Part shown: positions 11,352 to 24,375 of the stretch, in pieces | Position numbering within the stretch: position 1 is the stretch's first letter | How the letters are laid out: each line of letters begins with the position of its first letter | Origin: Octopus vulgaris | Taxonomy: Eukaryota | NCBI GenBank assembly: GCA_951406725.2 | Contig: OX597837.1 | Coordinates: 24,428,001 to 24,492,000 of the forward strand | Reading direction: 5' to 3' | Length of the DNA: 64,000 nt | The notes under the pieces: model-generated | Seen by the model: the letters and a program-made list of their open reading frames with translations, nothing else | Told to the model about the DNA's origin: nothing | Database searches by the model: none | Program-made: the position numbers and the translations under genes

Positions 11352-11387
11352 CTTTTACGTTTCGAGCCTATGCTCTTCTACAGAAAG
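11352..11387 (-). ncRNA. Minimal hammerhead motif in a ~190-bp (TA)n-flanked element (about 11258-11448)
   Basis: - strand: cttt CTGTAGA a GAGC atag GCTC GAAAC GTA aaag; the core box has an A-to-U variant. Confidence 0.6.
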
Positions 11388-11605
11388 GGACGCAGAAAAA
11401 CAAGGAGAGAAGAAAATGTGTGTAGTGGCTAACGATCTATCATGGCAACATATATATATTTGTGTGTGTGTGTATATATAATATATATATATATATCAAA
11501 GTATCATTAGAGACAGAAATCCCTATAAAATTCATCAAATCAGAATATAAATTCAACCATGTCATAGAATATTATATTTAATACTTACTATTCATGTTAA
11601 AAGCT

Positions 11606-11705
11606 GTCGACTACACGTGTTTCATGATGTTGTATACTATGTTCTTGAGACATGCAGTCTCTTACAGAACCTCCCCTTATATACAACCCCAATCTTCAGG
11701 TCTAC
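11606..11705 (-). ncRNA. Hammerhead ribozyme motif with extended stem II
   Basis: - strand: gtagac CTGAAGA t tggggttgtata...tatacaacatca t GAAAC ACGT GTA gtcgac. Stem III is the palindrome ACACGTGT. Confidence 0.7.
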
Positions 11706-12249
11706 CGATCCCACTTTTATAATTTTATCTATCATTATATATTCCAACTTAAAAGTATATCAAACTAAACAGATGTATAAATAAATTCCTAGTATGTCAA
11801 AACATATAGGTGTGTAAATAAATTCATTGAACCCTGCAGTTTAAGCCATAATTAATTAAGAATTAAATGTGAATTACGCCTAAAAAATATATATATAAAT
11901 GAAAATTGAAAAATGAAAAATATATATGAATGCGGAAAAAATATATACTAATGAGAAGAAAATATAACATTATAAGAGATGTATATATCCAAATGAAGAG
12001 GATGAATGGAAACTAATACGAATGACAAAAATTCCGGTGAATGTTACGCGTAAAACACGAATGAAGATATGAAAAGATATGAAAAATACATGGAAAAATA
12101 TATATATATGGAAAAAATTTCAAGGGAAAAACATTTAAAAATGAGTGTGTTATATTATAAGGCACTAAAATAAAATGACTCTCCCCAGACATAACAGAAT
12201 ATACTTCAACACACGAACTCACATAAAGAATCTTGCAAACCAAATTTAA

Positions 12250-12750
12250 AAATTTAAAAATGAAAAAATTATATATACAGGAATTAATTTATAAATTATT
12301 ATAATTAGAATTAATATACTAAACTTAATTTAAAATTAATATACTAAACATTTAAAATTAATTTTAGTATATTCATTCTAATTGTATTAATTTATAAATT
12401 ATTATAATTAGAATTAATATACTAAACTTAATTTAAAATTAATATACTAAACATTTAAAATTAATTTTAGTATATTCATTCTAATTGTATTAATTTATAA
12501 ATTATTATAATTAGAATTAATATACTAAACTTAATTTAAAATTAATATACTAAACATTTAAAATTAATTTTAGTATATTCATTCTAATTGTATTAATTTA
12601 TAAATTATTATAATTAGAATTAATATACTAAACTTAATTTAAAATTAATATACTAAACATTTAAAATTAAGTTAAGTATGTTAATTCTAATTACATTAAT
12701 TTATAAATTAATTCCTGTATATATAATTTGTTCATTTTTTCATTTTTAAA
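12250..12750. repeat. AT-rich 103-bp tandem repeat (about 4 units) bounded by inverted repeats
   Basis: ataaatta recurs at 12291, 12394, 12497, 12600 and 12703; the outer tatatacaggaattaattt / aaattaattcctgtatata are inverted. Confidence 0.85.
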
Positions 12751-12888
12751 TGTCATACTTGTAATAGTACTATAACAGTTGGATTTGTGAACTTCTCCAG
12801 CTTTCACTTTTGCAATCAACTTAATAAATCCCATTGGTTATTGTTTGCTGGTTTAGATGCTTGTCATTTGTTATTATTAAGGTTTTAA

Positions 12889-13108
12889 CCCTTTCGTTAC
12901 CAACCCGGCTGAAACCGGCTCTGGCTCTGAGTACAAATGTCTTGTTTTCATAAGTTTTGAAGTAAAATCTTCCACCAAATCTTAGTCACAATTTATGTTC
13001 CTAACCCTAGCTCAATGATAACCATGTTATTTTACTAAATTCTTCGTTATATTTAAAGTAATTGGAAGAAACACAAAACATCTCAAAATAAATGCAGTAA
13101 CGAAAGGG
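12889..13108. mobile_element. piggyBac-type MITE (220 bp)
   Basis: TTAA|CCCTTTCGTTAC ... GTAACGAAAGGG|TTAA; copies at 25431 and 54257. Confidence 0.8.
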
Positions 13109-14082
13109 TTAATTTTAGTGTTTTTCTAGTATATTATAAGTGTTTGTTTATGATTTAACAATGCATTTTATGTTCTGCTTTAAGAGCTTTCAGATCAAGT
13201 GTTCTATATTCTATAGTTAATACGCATATAATTCACAATACATTTGTATGCATTTTATCCATTATTAATAGATTTACTGTTTAATGTAATATGTTGTATT
13301 GGTCAATTAGTTTGTTAAAATATCCATTTTGATAAGTGTTTGTGTCATTCTCTAGATTTCATTATCTTGTTCTTTGTTTGTGGAGAATCTAAATGCTTTT
13401 CAAAATAGAAATTTCACCACTGACATTTTGCATCCTTGTGGATATTTGTGGTCTTAATATAAGTACAATTATACAATTGTGTCTTAGATATAAATGGATG
13501 CGTTGTATCTGCTATTTTCTATCTGAGTATTTCTGACTGGAAATAGAATCATTGTGTTGCAGGGAGTTGTATTTGCCTGTTTTCTAAATGCTGAATTTTA
13601 GTACAGAATTGATTTCTAGTTCTTCTAAAAGTTGCAAACCTCACAATGTTAACTATTAAACTGGTTATGCCTGTATGATACCATCCTACTAACTCATTAT
13701 GTACTTACAGCAAAGAACAATGCACCACACAACACAAACCAGAACTAGATAATAATAATAATGATAATAATTAATTCTTTTATTGGCCACAAGGGCTGAC
13801 AAAAATCAATTATCACATAAAGGGACAAAACAGGACGAAAGGTTACAAAGGGTTTTGTCCGTTTGTAAAATCTGAGTAAAAAAGCAGTTTAACAACGAAA
13901 ATATAACAATGAAAAATTCCCAATAGGAGGAGGCGTTACGAAAGGTTCCTGGTGGAAAAAAACTATAAAAGCCAAAAACTGATTAGTAAGCCATACATCT
14001 ATACTCCAGAGAAATAGACAAATAGCCTCAGGCTGTCCAAAACCTTGAGAGTGCATTTGGTTGATGGAAACTGAAAGAAGTC

Positions 14083-14118
<36 letters not shown>

Positions 14119-14279
14119 TCATCATCATCATCGTTTAACGTCTGCTTTCCATGCTAGCATGGGTTGGACGATTTTGACTGAGGACTGGCGAACCAGATGG
14201 CTGCACCAGGCTCCACTCTTGATTTGGCAGAGTTTCTACAACTGGATGCCCTTCCTAGCGCCAACCACTTCGAGAGTGT

Positions 14280-14402
14280 AGGGATGCCTTTCCTAACGGG
14301 ATGCCCTTCCTAACAAGGATGCTCTTCCTAACAGGATGCCCTTTCTAACGGAATGCCTTTCCTAACAGAATGCCCTTCCTAACGAGGATGCCCTTCCTAA
14401 TG
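14280..14402. repeat. Tandem amplification of a 17-18-bp motif (ggatgcccttcctaac) within a family D fragment
   Basis: About 7 degenerate copies are visible. Confidence 0.75.
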
Positions 14403-14404
14403 TG

Positions 14405-14440
<36 letters not shown>

Positions 14441-14785
14441 TGTATGTATGTATGTATCTATCTATCTATCTATCTATGTGTGTGTCTTTGTGTCTGTGTT
14501 AGTCTCCCCAACACCACTTGACAACTGGTGTTAGTGTGCTTATGTTCCCATAACTAGCAGTTTGGCAAAAGAGATCAACAGAGTAAGTACTAGGCTTTAA
14601 AAAAATATAAACCCTGGGGTCTTTTTGTTCAACGAAAACTCTTGAAGGTAGTGCTCCGGTATGGCCACAGCCAAGTGACTGAAACGAGTAAAAGAATAAA
14701 AAATATTAAAAATAAAAATTAACATCTAACTAATAACATAAATCTAAATCATCAGCGCTGCTTACTATAAACAGGCAGTAACATG

Positions 14786-14829
14786 CGCCAACCTGAAGAT
14801 GAGTCTTTATAAGTCAAGAAACGTTGGTG
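14786..14829 (+). ncRNA. Degenerate hammerhead-like motif
   Basis: cgccaac CTGAAGA tga gtctttataag tca a GAAAC gttggtg. The flanks are complementary, but the cleavage triplet and stem III are ambiguous. Confidence 0.4.
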
Positions 14830-15105
14830 ATGAATTTGGAAACTTTACTGTTCCAAGTAGACTTTAAGGAATTCATCCAAAATATTGAAAACAAAATTTG
14901 ATGGGAAAATATATAATTAGAATACAATTGTAATTTGTATCTAAAACAAAAACTGTTTCCCCATTATATCATATCATATCATCATCATCATCATTATCAT
15001 CATCTTCATAATTGTCATTCTACCCATGCTGCCATGGGTCATCACAATCTGAGTCAGTTCTTATTTGGAACTACTGCTTTCCAAGGACAGGTTGGAGGTG
15101 TTTGT

Positions 15106-15129
15106 ACCACCACCACCACCACCACCACC

Positions 15130-15163
<34 letters not shown>

Positions 15164-15259
15164 TCACCATCACCACCACCACTACCACCACCGTCATCGT
15201 CATCATCATCACCATCACCATCACCATCACCATCACCATCACCATCACCACCACCATCG

Positions 15260-15302
<43 letters not shown>

Positions 15303-15308
15303 TATTAT
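15106..15308. repeat. (CAC/CAT)n compound microsatellite
   Basis: Directly visible. Confidence 0.95.
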
Positions 15309-16989
15309 TTAACATCCATCTCCCATGCTGGTATGGGTTGGGTGGTTTAACTGGATCTGGTAAGGCCATGGGGCACACCAGGCTCCATTGTTTGTTCTGA
15401 GATGGTTCCTACAGCCTGATGCCCTTCCTAATGCCCACCACTCCACAGAGCATACTGGATGCTTTTTATGTAGCACCAGCACCAGCGCTTTTAATATGAC
15501 ACCAGCACATTTGATTTTTATGTGACCCCCAACACCAGTATCGATTCTGCAGTGGCAGGCAGGTCTCCTTGAGTACAGCAATGTGCCAGACATCTTAGTT
15601 CTTAATCATCTCCTTTGTAAGGCTCAGAATCTTGAGATCAGCCTTCAGTATTTTATCCCATGTCTTCCTGAATCTCCCTCTTCTACAAGTTCCATCCGCT
15701 TTAAGTGCTCAGTACTTCTATATGCAGTTGTCTACATCCATATGCATCACAGGACCAAACCAATGTATTCTTCTCTCTTGCACACTGCATCTCGCTCCAA
15801 TCATCATCATCATTTAACATCCGTTTTCTGCGCTAGCACGGGTTGGACAGTTCAACCAGGGTCTGGAAAGCCAGGGGCTGCAGCAGGCTCCAGTCTGATC
15901 TGGCAGTGTTTCTACAGCTGGATGCCCTTCCTAATGCCAACCACTCCGTGAGTGTAGTGGGTGCTTTTTACGCGCCACCGGCACAGGTGCCAGAGGAGTC
16001 TGGCAGCTGCCACGATTGGTTGGTGCTTTTAACATGCCACCGGCACGGAAGCCAGTCAAGGCGGTGCTGGCATCGGCCAAGTTCGGATGGTGCTTTTTAT
16101 GTGCCACCGGCACAGAAGCCAGTTGAGGCGGTGCTGGCATCAGCCACATTCGGATAGTGCTTTTTATGTGCCACTGGCACAGGTATCACAACTACTATTT
16201 CCATTGATATTTATTTCGATGTTCATGTACTTGACTCAATAGATCTCCTCAAGCACAGCGGGATGTTCTGAAATTCGAGGTACTTTGAATGGGCAGGGGC
16301 TATGCGGAACTGGTGCAGAAAGCAGCCCGGGTCTTTGCAGTCACAGCATATCTCCAGAGATCTCGGTCCTTCATCATTGCCTCTGTGAGGCCCAACGCTC
16401 TAAGGCCAATATAATTTTTTATTTTGTTTTATGGCTGCATGGCCTTCTTATCATCAATCACTTTACAGAATGTACTAGATACAGTTTATTGTGGCACCTA
16501 GAGAAGTTATCATACCTTCTCTAGCTTATTTTATTATGGGGTACAAGGTAGATTGCTTTGTACCCCATAAGTTTAAAGAATCCTCACAACTCTGTGATGT
16601 GTTTGTCCATATGGGACTATCTATGTAACTGAGGGGTAAACAGAAAAGAAAATAATCACAGAAGAACTAGAATGGGTGGGTGGAGGGAGCAAGTGTATGA
16701 TGGTAAAAACAGAGTGAACTGGAGTGAGATGGTAGCAGAGGCAATGAGAGAGTGATGGCTAGTAAGAGAAACAGATAAATGGTAGTAGTGAATGATGGAT
16801 ATCAGCAAGTTATCCATGGGGTGGGAAGTAATAATTTGAAGTACAGAAAGTATAGTGGTAGAGGGTATGGGTACTAGCAGATCTGATGCAATTCATTTTA
16901 CATGAACCTTGCAATGAGCAAGAGAAACAAGTCAAAGGGACAAGTGATAGAGAGATGCTACCCACACACTCTTCCCAACAAGTTCACTA

Positions 16990-18625
16990 ACTTAGAACAG
17001 CCATAATCAATGTAGACACAATGAAAGATAGATCAGTAAAATAGTTGAAATGCTAGAACAGGGGCATGTAGATGTGTGCTATGTGCAAGAGGTAAGATGG
17101 AGGGGAGCCTTAGGTAGACTTCTCACAAGTAAGGGACAAAGATATAAATTCTTCTGAGTGAGCAATAGCGATAGTGTGGGAGATGTAAACATAGTTTTAG
17201 CAGAGAAATGAGTAGATAAGGTGACTGAAGTAATCAAAGTGTGTGACAGGATAATTTAGACTAATCTAGGAAAACATGACTGCAATATTTATATCTGCAT
17301 ATACTTCTCAACTGGGACTGGCAGGTGAACAAAAGGACTGGTTTTATGAGGCCTTCTTGCAGACTGCCTCAATGGCAAATGACAGTAGCTTTATCTTTGT
17401 GGTTGGTGACTTTAAATAGACATATTGGGCAACAATCCAATGGACTCTAAGGTGTACACAGAAGCTATGGCTTTAGTCCTTGAAACAAGGAGGGAACAAA
17501 GGCTCTTGGACTCCTGTGGTGCAAATAACCTGATCTGCAACACAAACCTAAAGAAACCAGCCTGTCACCTGACCACTTAGCTATCTGGTGGACATACAAG
17601 CCAGATTGATTATGTTCTCACTAGAAAATGGGATAGACAGATGCTTGTAAATACAAATGCCTTCCCAAGTAAGGACGACACAACCCAACATAATTGAGTG
17701 GCTAGCAACTTGAGACTTAAAGTGAAACGAAATCAGAAATGCAAGCTAGTCTTGGAAAGCAAGTTATGGTAGCTTGAAAATTCAGTGAATAGACAGAAAT
17801 TTAGAGAAGTGCCAGTAAAAGAATTTGACAAGAAGGTAAGAAGAGATATAGACTTATAATGTAAAGGGCAACTGGAAGTTCCCCCAGGACAACCTATTGA
17901 GGGTAATAACCAAATATATGACTGGTGCAGCCAGACCAAAGGTGACATGATGGATGAACAGTAAAGTAGATAGAGCCATTACAGCAAAGAGACAGGCTCA
18001 GAAAGACTGGAAGAATGGTGGCAGTAGAAAAATATACCGGTTGGCCTGAAGGGAAGTGACAAAACAGATCTATCTAGCCAGGGAAGAAGCCGAAAGGAAA
18101 AAGTTTGATAATATTCTATGGCATGAGGACCAGAGGTATGAGGCGTTTTGGATTGCAAGACAGCATATCAGAGAAAATCCTAATGTTGTGGCAGAGAAAT
18201 GTGTAGATTTATACTTAGTAATTCTGAAAAGAAAATGGCATGGAAGTGATACTATAAAAGACTGTTAACTGTGGAGGATGTACGAGAAGAGAGTCTTCCT
18301 AATGTAGACCTGACAGAGGGACTAGTTATCCTAATTCACTGCAGTACGATTAGATAAAGCAATTAAGGATATGAAGACGGAGAAAGACACTGGTTTATGA
18401 GGAAACACTACCATGATGCTTAAAATATCTGGTAGTGTGGAATACAGACCAAGCAAGTTCTAGTCACTTGCATAGTTAATTATATTATCCAGGAAGGGGT
18501 CATACCCAATGACTAGTGTAGCAGTATTATAGTCAATTGCCAAAAAGGAGAAAGCTGAGAGAAAAGTCATTAAATAGGTATCAAATTGCTGGACAAGGTT
18601 ATGAAAGTTAAAGGAAGGGTTGAAA
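16990..18625 (+). pseudogene. Decayed RTE LINE: AP endonuclease to start of RT
   Basis: Broken frames give VDVCYVQEVRWRG, FVVGDFN, SQIDYVLTRK and GIKLLDKVMKV, with many stops. Confidence 0.75.
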
Positions 18626-18769
18626 AGCTACAATGTGGACAGCTAAAGTTCAAGAGCACTCATGCTGCTGCTACATACCCATGACTTTGTTTCTAGATAT
18701 TGGTGAAATTCCAGGGGTTAGAAATTGGTTCTTTCTCTATTGACAAGAAATCTTAAAATAAAACTGAAT

Positions 18770-19170
18770 AATCCTTTCTATTGTAGGCACAAGGCCTGAC
18801 AATTTGAGGGAGGGGATAGTTGATTACATCGACCCCAGTGCATAACTGGTACTTATTTCATTGACCTCCAAAAGGACGCAAGGCAAAGTCAACCTCGGTG
18901 GAATTTGAACTCAGAACGTAGCAGGAGATGAAATATCTATTTCTTTACTACCCACAAGGGGCTAAACACAGAGGGGACAAACAAGGACAGACAAATGGAT
19001 TAAGTCGATTATATCGACCACAGTGCGTTACTGGTACTTATTTAATTGACCCTGAAAGGATGAAAGGCAAAGTCAACCTTGGCGGAATTTGAACTCAGAA
19101 CGTAGCGGCAGATGAAATACCACTAAGCATTTCGCCAGGTGTGCTAATGATTCTGCCAGCTCACTGCCTT
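18770..19170 (-). mobile_element. SINE family B (2 units)
   Basis: Matches 4527-5124. Confidence 0.75.
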
Positions 19171-19252
19171 AAGATAACACTGAATAATGACATACATGCA
19201 TACATACATGCATACATACATACATACATACACACGAACATATGCGCACACA

Positions 19253-19283
<31 letters not shown>

Positions 19284-19977
19284 GTACATACGTACATACA
19301 TACATACATATGTACGTACATACATATGTACGTACGTACATACAGACAAGCAGGCAGACAGGCAAGCAGGCAGACAGACAGACAAGCAGGCAGACAGACA
19401 GACAGACAGGCAAGCAGGCAGGTAGACAGACAGACATATATAATTTTTGACAAGCATTTGCTTGTGTGACAATTCACTCCAGCAGGGGTGTTACAAAATA
19501 AATATTCCTTGGGAACACAGAGCAATTAGTCATGTGGGAATCAATACTAAACTTTCCATCATGAACAAATATACCAAAGCAAGTTGATTTATGCCTAACC
19601 CATTTAATATCTTTCGAGACATCGAATACCTTGAAGAGTGCTCAACAAGTAAATTACTCGTGGCTATGTCTTGCAGACTTTGTAGTATCATGATTACTTC
19701 CCCTCCTCCAGCTGTATAAGACAGAAGCAGCAGGGTTTACTCTACTTTGCCGATACATCTGGTAGAACTTGCAGGGTCACTTCCCCATATCTACCAGTCT
19801 GAGGGGAGAGAGAGGGAGAGAAAGAGAGAGAGAGAGAGAAAGGGATAGGGAGCATGCAGAGTTCTTTCCCTTGTTCAACTCGTCTGGGAGATTCTATGAG
19901 GTCCTCTCTGACTCTAAAATAATGTGAGTGGATATATAAATGGAAATATAAAAGAATATACAAATGTTTATAAATAT

Positions 19978-20385
19978 AGGCGCAGGAGCGGCTGTGTAGT
20001 AAATAACTTGCTAACCAACCACATGGTTCCGGGTTCAGTCCCACTGCGTGGCATCTTGGGCAAGTGTCTTCTACTATAGCCCCGGGCCGACCAATGCCTT
20101 GTGAGTGGATTTGGTAGACAGAAACTGAAAGAAGCCTGTCGTATATATATGTATATGTATGTGCGTGTGTGTGTTTGTGTGTCTGTGTTTGCACCCCAAG
20201 CATTGCTTGGCAACCGATGCTGGTGTGTTTACATCCCCATCACTTAGCGGTTCGGCAAAAGAGACCGATAGAATAAGTACTGGGCTTACAAAGAATAAGT
20301 CCCAGGGTCGATTTGCTCGACTAAAGGCGGTGCTCCAGCATGGTTGCAGTCAAATGACTGAAACAAGTAAAAGAGTAAAAGAGTA
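19978..20385 (+). mobile_element. SINE family A, full length
   Basis: Complete head to tail. Confidence 0.8.
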
Positions 20386-20427
20386 TACATAATATAAAAA
20401 TATGTTATAGATAATTATATATAAATA

Positions 20428-21440
20428 TCATCATCATCATCATCATCATTTAGCGTCTGCTTTCCATGCTAGCATGGGTTGGACGGGTCAACTGGGGTCT
20501 GTGAAGCTGGAAGGCTTCGTCAGGCCCAGTCAGATCTGGCAGTGTTTCTACGGCTGGATGCCCTTCCTAACGCCAACCACTCCGCGAGTGTAGTGGGTGT
20601 TTTTTACGTGCCACCTGCACAGGTGCCAGACAGAGCTGGCGAACGGCCACGAACGGATGGTGCTTTTACGTGTCACCGGCACGGGTCAGGCGATGCTGGC
20701 AATGGACACAAACGGATGGTGCTTTTATGTGCCACCGACACGGGGCCAGACAGAGCTGGCAAACGGCCACAAACGGACGGTGCTTTTACGTGTCACCGGC
20801 ACGGGGGCCAGCCGAGGCTGGCAACGGAACGCGAACGGATGGTGCCTTTACGTGCCACCGACACAGTTGCCAGACAGAGCTGGCAAACGGCCACGAACGG
20901 ACGGTGCTTTTACGTGTCACCGGCACGGGGGCCAGCCGAGGCTGGCAACGGACACGAACGGATGGTGCTTTTACGTGCCACTGACACGGGGCCAGACAGT
21001 GCTGGCAAACGGCCACGAACGGACGGTGCTTTTACGTGTCACCGGCACGGGGCCAGGCGAGGCTGGCAACGAACACGAACGGATGGTGCTTTTACGTGCC
21101 ACCGACACAGGGGCTACACAGAGCTGGCAAATGGCCACGAGCGAATGGTGCTTTTACGTATCACCGACTCGGGTGCCAGACGAGGCTGGCAGCGGACACG
21201 AACGGATGGGTCACTTAACCCCTGCTTTCTGATATATGATTTGATTTTGATTGTTCTCACTGGTCTTGCCGGGTCTTCTGACGCACAGCATACTTCCATA
21301 GGTCTCAGTCTCTGGTCATTTCCTTGGTGAGACCTAGAGTTCGAAGGTCGTGCTTCACCACCTCGACCCAGGTTTTCCTGGGTCTACCTCTTTCACAGGT
21401 CCCCTCAACTGCCAGGGTGTGGCACTTTTTCACACACCTA
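20428..21440 (-). mobile_element. RTE LINE 3' end (family D) with an expanded internal ~40-45-bp tandem repeat
   Basis: 21270-21437 encodes CVKKCHTLAVEGTCERGRPRKTWVEVVKHDL on the - strand; repeats cggatggtgcttttacgtg span 20600-21210; (GAT)n tail. Confidence 0.8.
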
Positions 21441-21495
21441 TGAATATGTATAATTTAAAATGCTACATTATAGTGAATTATATCTTATATGAATG

Positions 21496-21755
21496 TGGAG
21501 GCGCGTGGCTTAGTGGTTAGGGTGTCAGCCCCATGATCGTAAGATTGTGGTTTCGATTCTTGGACTGGGCGACACGTTGTGTTCTTGAGCAAAACATTTC
21601 ATTTCACATTGCTCCAGTCCACTCAGCTGGCAAAAATGAGTAACGCTGCGATGGACTGACGTCCCGTCCAGCTGGGGAACACATATGCCATAGAAACCGG
21701 GAAACTGGGCCCATGAGCCTGGCTAGGCTTTAAAAGGGCGCATTTATTTTTTATT
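21496..21755 (+). mobile_element. tRNA-derived SINE (family C variant)
   Basis: tggcttagtggttagg...gtttcgattc; reverse copy at about 39285-39537. Confidence 0.7.
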
Positions 21756-22587
21756 TTATATTTTATATGAATAAGCAAAGTATATCCTTATTCATATCTC
21801 ATAAAAAAGAGATATATTATAATGATACATTTTCAAAAATATGTACATTAAGTATGAATGTTTGATGTTTAAAATTTAATGAAAAACATTATAGAAAATT
21901 ATAATTCCATATCTTTTTATCTTTTACTTGTTTCAGTCACTAGACTGTGGCTATGCTGGGGTACCGCTTTGAAAAATTTTAGTTGAATGAATCAACCCCA
22001 GTACTTATAATTTTTTGAAAAGCCTGGTACCTATTCTATTGGTCTCTTTTGCTGAACTGCTAAGTTATGGGGAACTAAACACACTAACACCAGTTGTCAA
22101 GTGGTAGAGGTGGTGGGGACAAACACACACACACACACACACATGCACACACATATACATGTGCGCACACACACACATGCACACACACACACATGCAATG
22201 GGATTCTTTCAGTTTGCATCCACCAAATCTACTCACAAGGGTTTAGTCAGCTGAAGACTACAGTAGAAGACACTTCCCCAAAGTACCATGCAGTGGGACT
22301 GAACCCAGAACCATGTGGTTGGGAAACAAACTTCTTACCACACAGCCATACCTGCACTCACAAGATTCTGGTTGACCTAGGGCTACAGAAGAAAACCACT
22401 TTGCCCAAAGTGCTACAGTGTGGAATTGAACCCAGAGCCATGAGGTTTGGAAGCAAATGGTCAAATAGTTAGGGTGTTTGGATCAAGTGACACATTGTGT
22501 CCAATCTATCAGCAGAAAATAAATACCAGCCAAAAGTTGGTGCTGCTCTCTCTCCTTCCAGCTGTATGAGTGCGTGTGTGCATATAT

Positions 22588-22975
22588 ACTCTTTTACTCT
22601 TTTACTTGTTTCAGTCATTTGACTGTGGCCATGCTGGAGCACCACCTTTAGTCGAGCAAATCGACCCCAGGACTTATCCTTTGTAAGCCTAGTACTTATT
22701 CTATCGGTCTCTTTTGCCGAACCGCTAAGTTACGGAGACATAAACACACCACCATCGGTTGTCAAGCGATGTTGGGGGGACAAACACACACACACACATA
22801 TATATATACATATATACGACGGACTTCTTTCAGTTTCCGCCTACAAAATCCACTCACAAGGCTTTGGTCGGCCCGCGGCTATAGTAGAAAACACTTGCCT
22901 AAGGTGCCACGCAGTGGGACTGAACCTGGAACCCAGAACCATGTGGTTGGTAAGCAAGCTACTTACCAAACAGCT
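22588..22975 (-). mobile_element. SINE family A
   Basis: Matches 19978-20385. Further copies at about 21910-22355, 24147-24590, 25995-26355, 26890-27302, 27405-27790 and 28857-29255. Confidence 0.8.
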
Positions 22976-22986
22976 ATACATATATA

Positions 22987-23345
22987 TATATTGTCTGAAT
23001 ATTATAGTATTAATTGTCCATTATGGCTGGTCTTACCAAAAAGTTTTGTGCAAAATTATATAATGGAATGTTAGGCAACAAACCAGTTATATAACATACA
23101 CTCATCGGAGTTAATCAACATAGAAGGGGAAAAGGTCACCTTTTCCCCTTCCATATCAGCTATCTCTGATGAGTGTATGTTATATAACTGGTTTGTTGCC
23201 TAACATTCCATTATATAATTTTGTGCAAAACTGATTGGTAAAACCAACCGTAATGAACAATTAACGCTATAATATTCAGACAATATACCCACTTTACTAA
23301 CAGTTATATAAATTCATCTTTTCCCTGATTTAGATGACTCAAGGA
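22987..23345 (+). mobile_element. Fold-back element with a decayed hammerhead in each arm
   Basis: Imperfect palindrome 22987-23287 centred on 23137. Right arm: CTGATGA(23166) gtgtatgttatataa...ttatataattttgtgc AAAAC tgattg GTA. Confidence 0.65.
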
Positions 23346-23556
23346 GAATGTGTGTGTGTGTGTGTGTGTGTTTATACACACATACACACACACACATTAA
23401 TTGTTAAAAAATTGTACAGAATACACCTGGTAGTTTGTTGGTAAAGCAAGTAGACTTAGTGTTCATTGGGTATTTGATTAATGAGAGAAACAGATGTAGT
23501 CATCGATAAAGATTCTTGTATCTTCCATCTTCCATTTTTCTCATTAATCAAATATA

Positions 23557-23594
<38 letters not shown>

Positions 23595-23817
23595 CATGCA
23601 GATATATGTACACATCTACATGTACATACACACATATAATATAAATATATACATACACACTCAAAGACATACACTCTCATCATCCATAACACTTACCTGT
23701 AAGTGTTTATATCTGTGCACATCTGACCAGATCTACATAGATCCAAGACTATAATTCTCTGTATTGATGTATTTACAGGTGAACATATGTCTCCATGTGT
23801 ATTTATGCAATATATAT

Positions 23818-24038
23818 ATGAGCGAGTGCTGACAAGTTCCTGGCTTTGGGTAAAAGGAAATACAGTAGAACCAGTTGATTATGATTTTATTCAACATATT
23901 TCCCTCTCAGATTCACACACTTATTGCAGCGGTCCTTCAGTTTTTCTAAGCCCAGTAAAAGAACTCAGAAGGTTGGGCCTCCAGCCAGGCTTTCCACAAC
24001 ACCCTTAAAGCCGGGAACTTTTCAGCAGCCCCTTGTAT
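23818..24038. mobile_element. mariner-type MITE
   Basis: TA-flanked TIRs gtgctgacaagttcctggc / gccgggaacttttcagcagc; copies at 30773-30991 and in tandem at 36228-36632. Confidence 0.7.
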
Positions 24039-24313
24039 ACATAATAGTCTTCACAAAATTCAGCAATAATCGCATTAAAAACATCAATCATTTGTAAAGT
24101 CGTAATCATAAGCAATAGACATTTATCTCTACATTTATACACATATAAGGAGTGGCTGTGTGGTAAGTAGCTTGTTTACCAACCACATGGTTCCGGGTTC
24201 AATCCCACTACGTGGCACCTTGGGCAAGTGTCTTCTACTAAAGCCTCGGGCCAACCAAAGACTTGTGAGTGGATTTGGTAGACGGAAACTGAAAGAAGCC
24301 TGTCGTATATATG

Positions 24314-24375
<62 letters not shown>

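Noticed and set aside
14935-15400. Poly-His/Pro/Asp ORFs
   Set aside because: (CAC/CAT)n microsatellite, open in all frames.
19480-19760. Possible decayed RT fragment on the - strand
   Set aside because: Only a faint VPQG-like echo; cannot be supported without a search.
20479-21330. 283-aa repetitive ORF or CRISPR-like array
   Set aside because: Antisense of an RTE 3' UTR minisatellite; no unique spacers, no cas genes, eukaryotic context.
23690-23790. Minus-strand exon suggested by CAG|GTAAGT
   Set aside because: Weak acceptor, no recognisable peptide, no partner exons.
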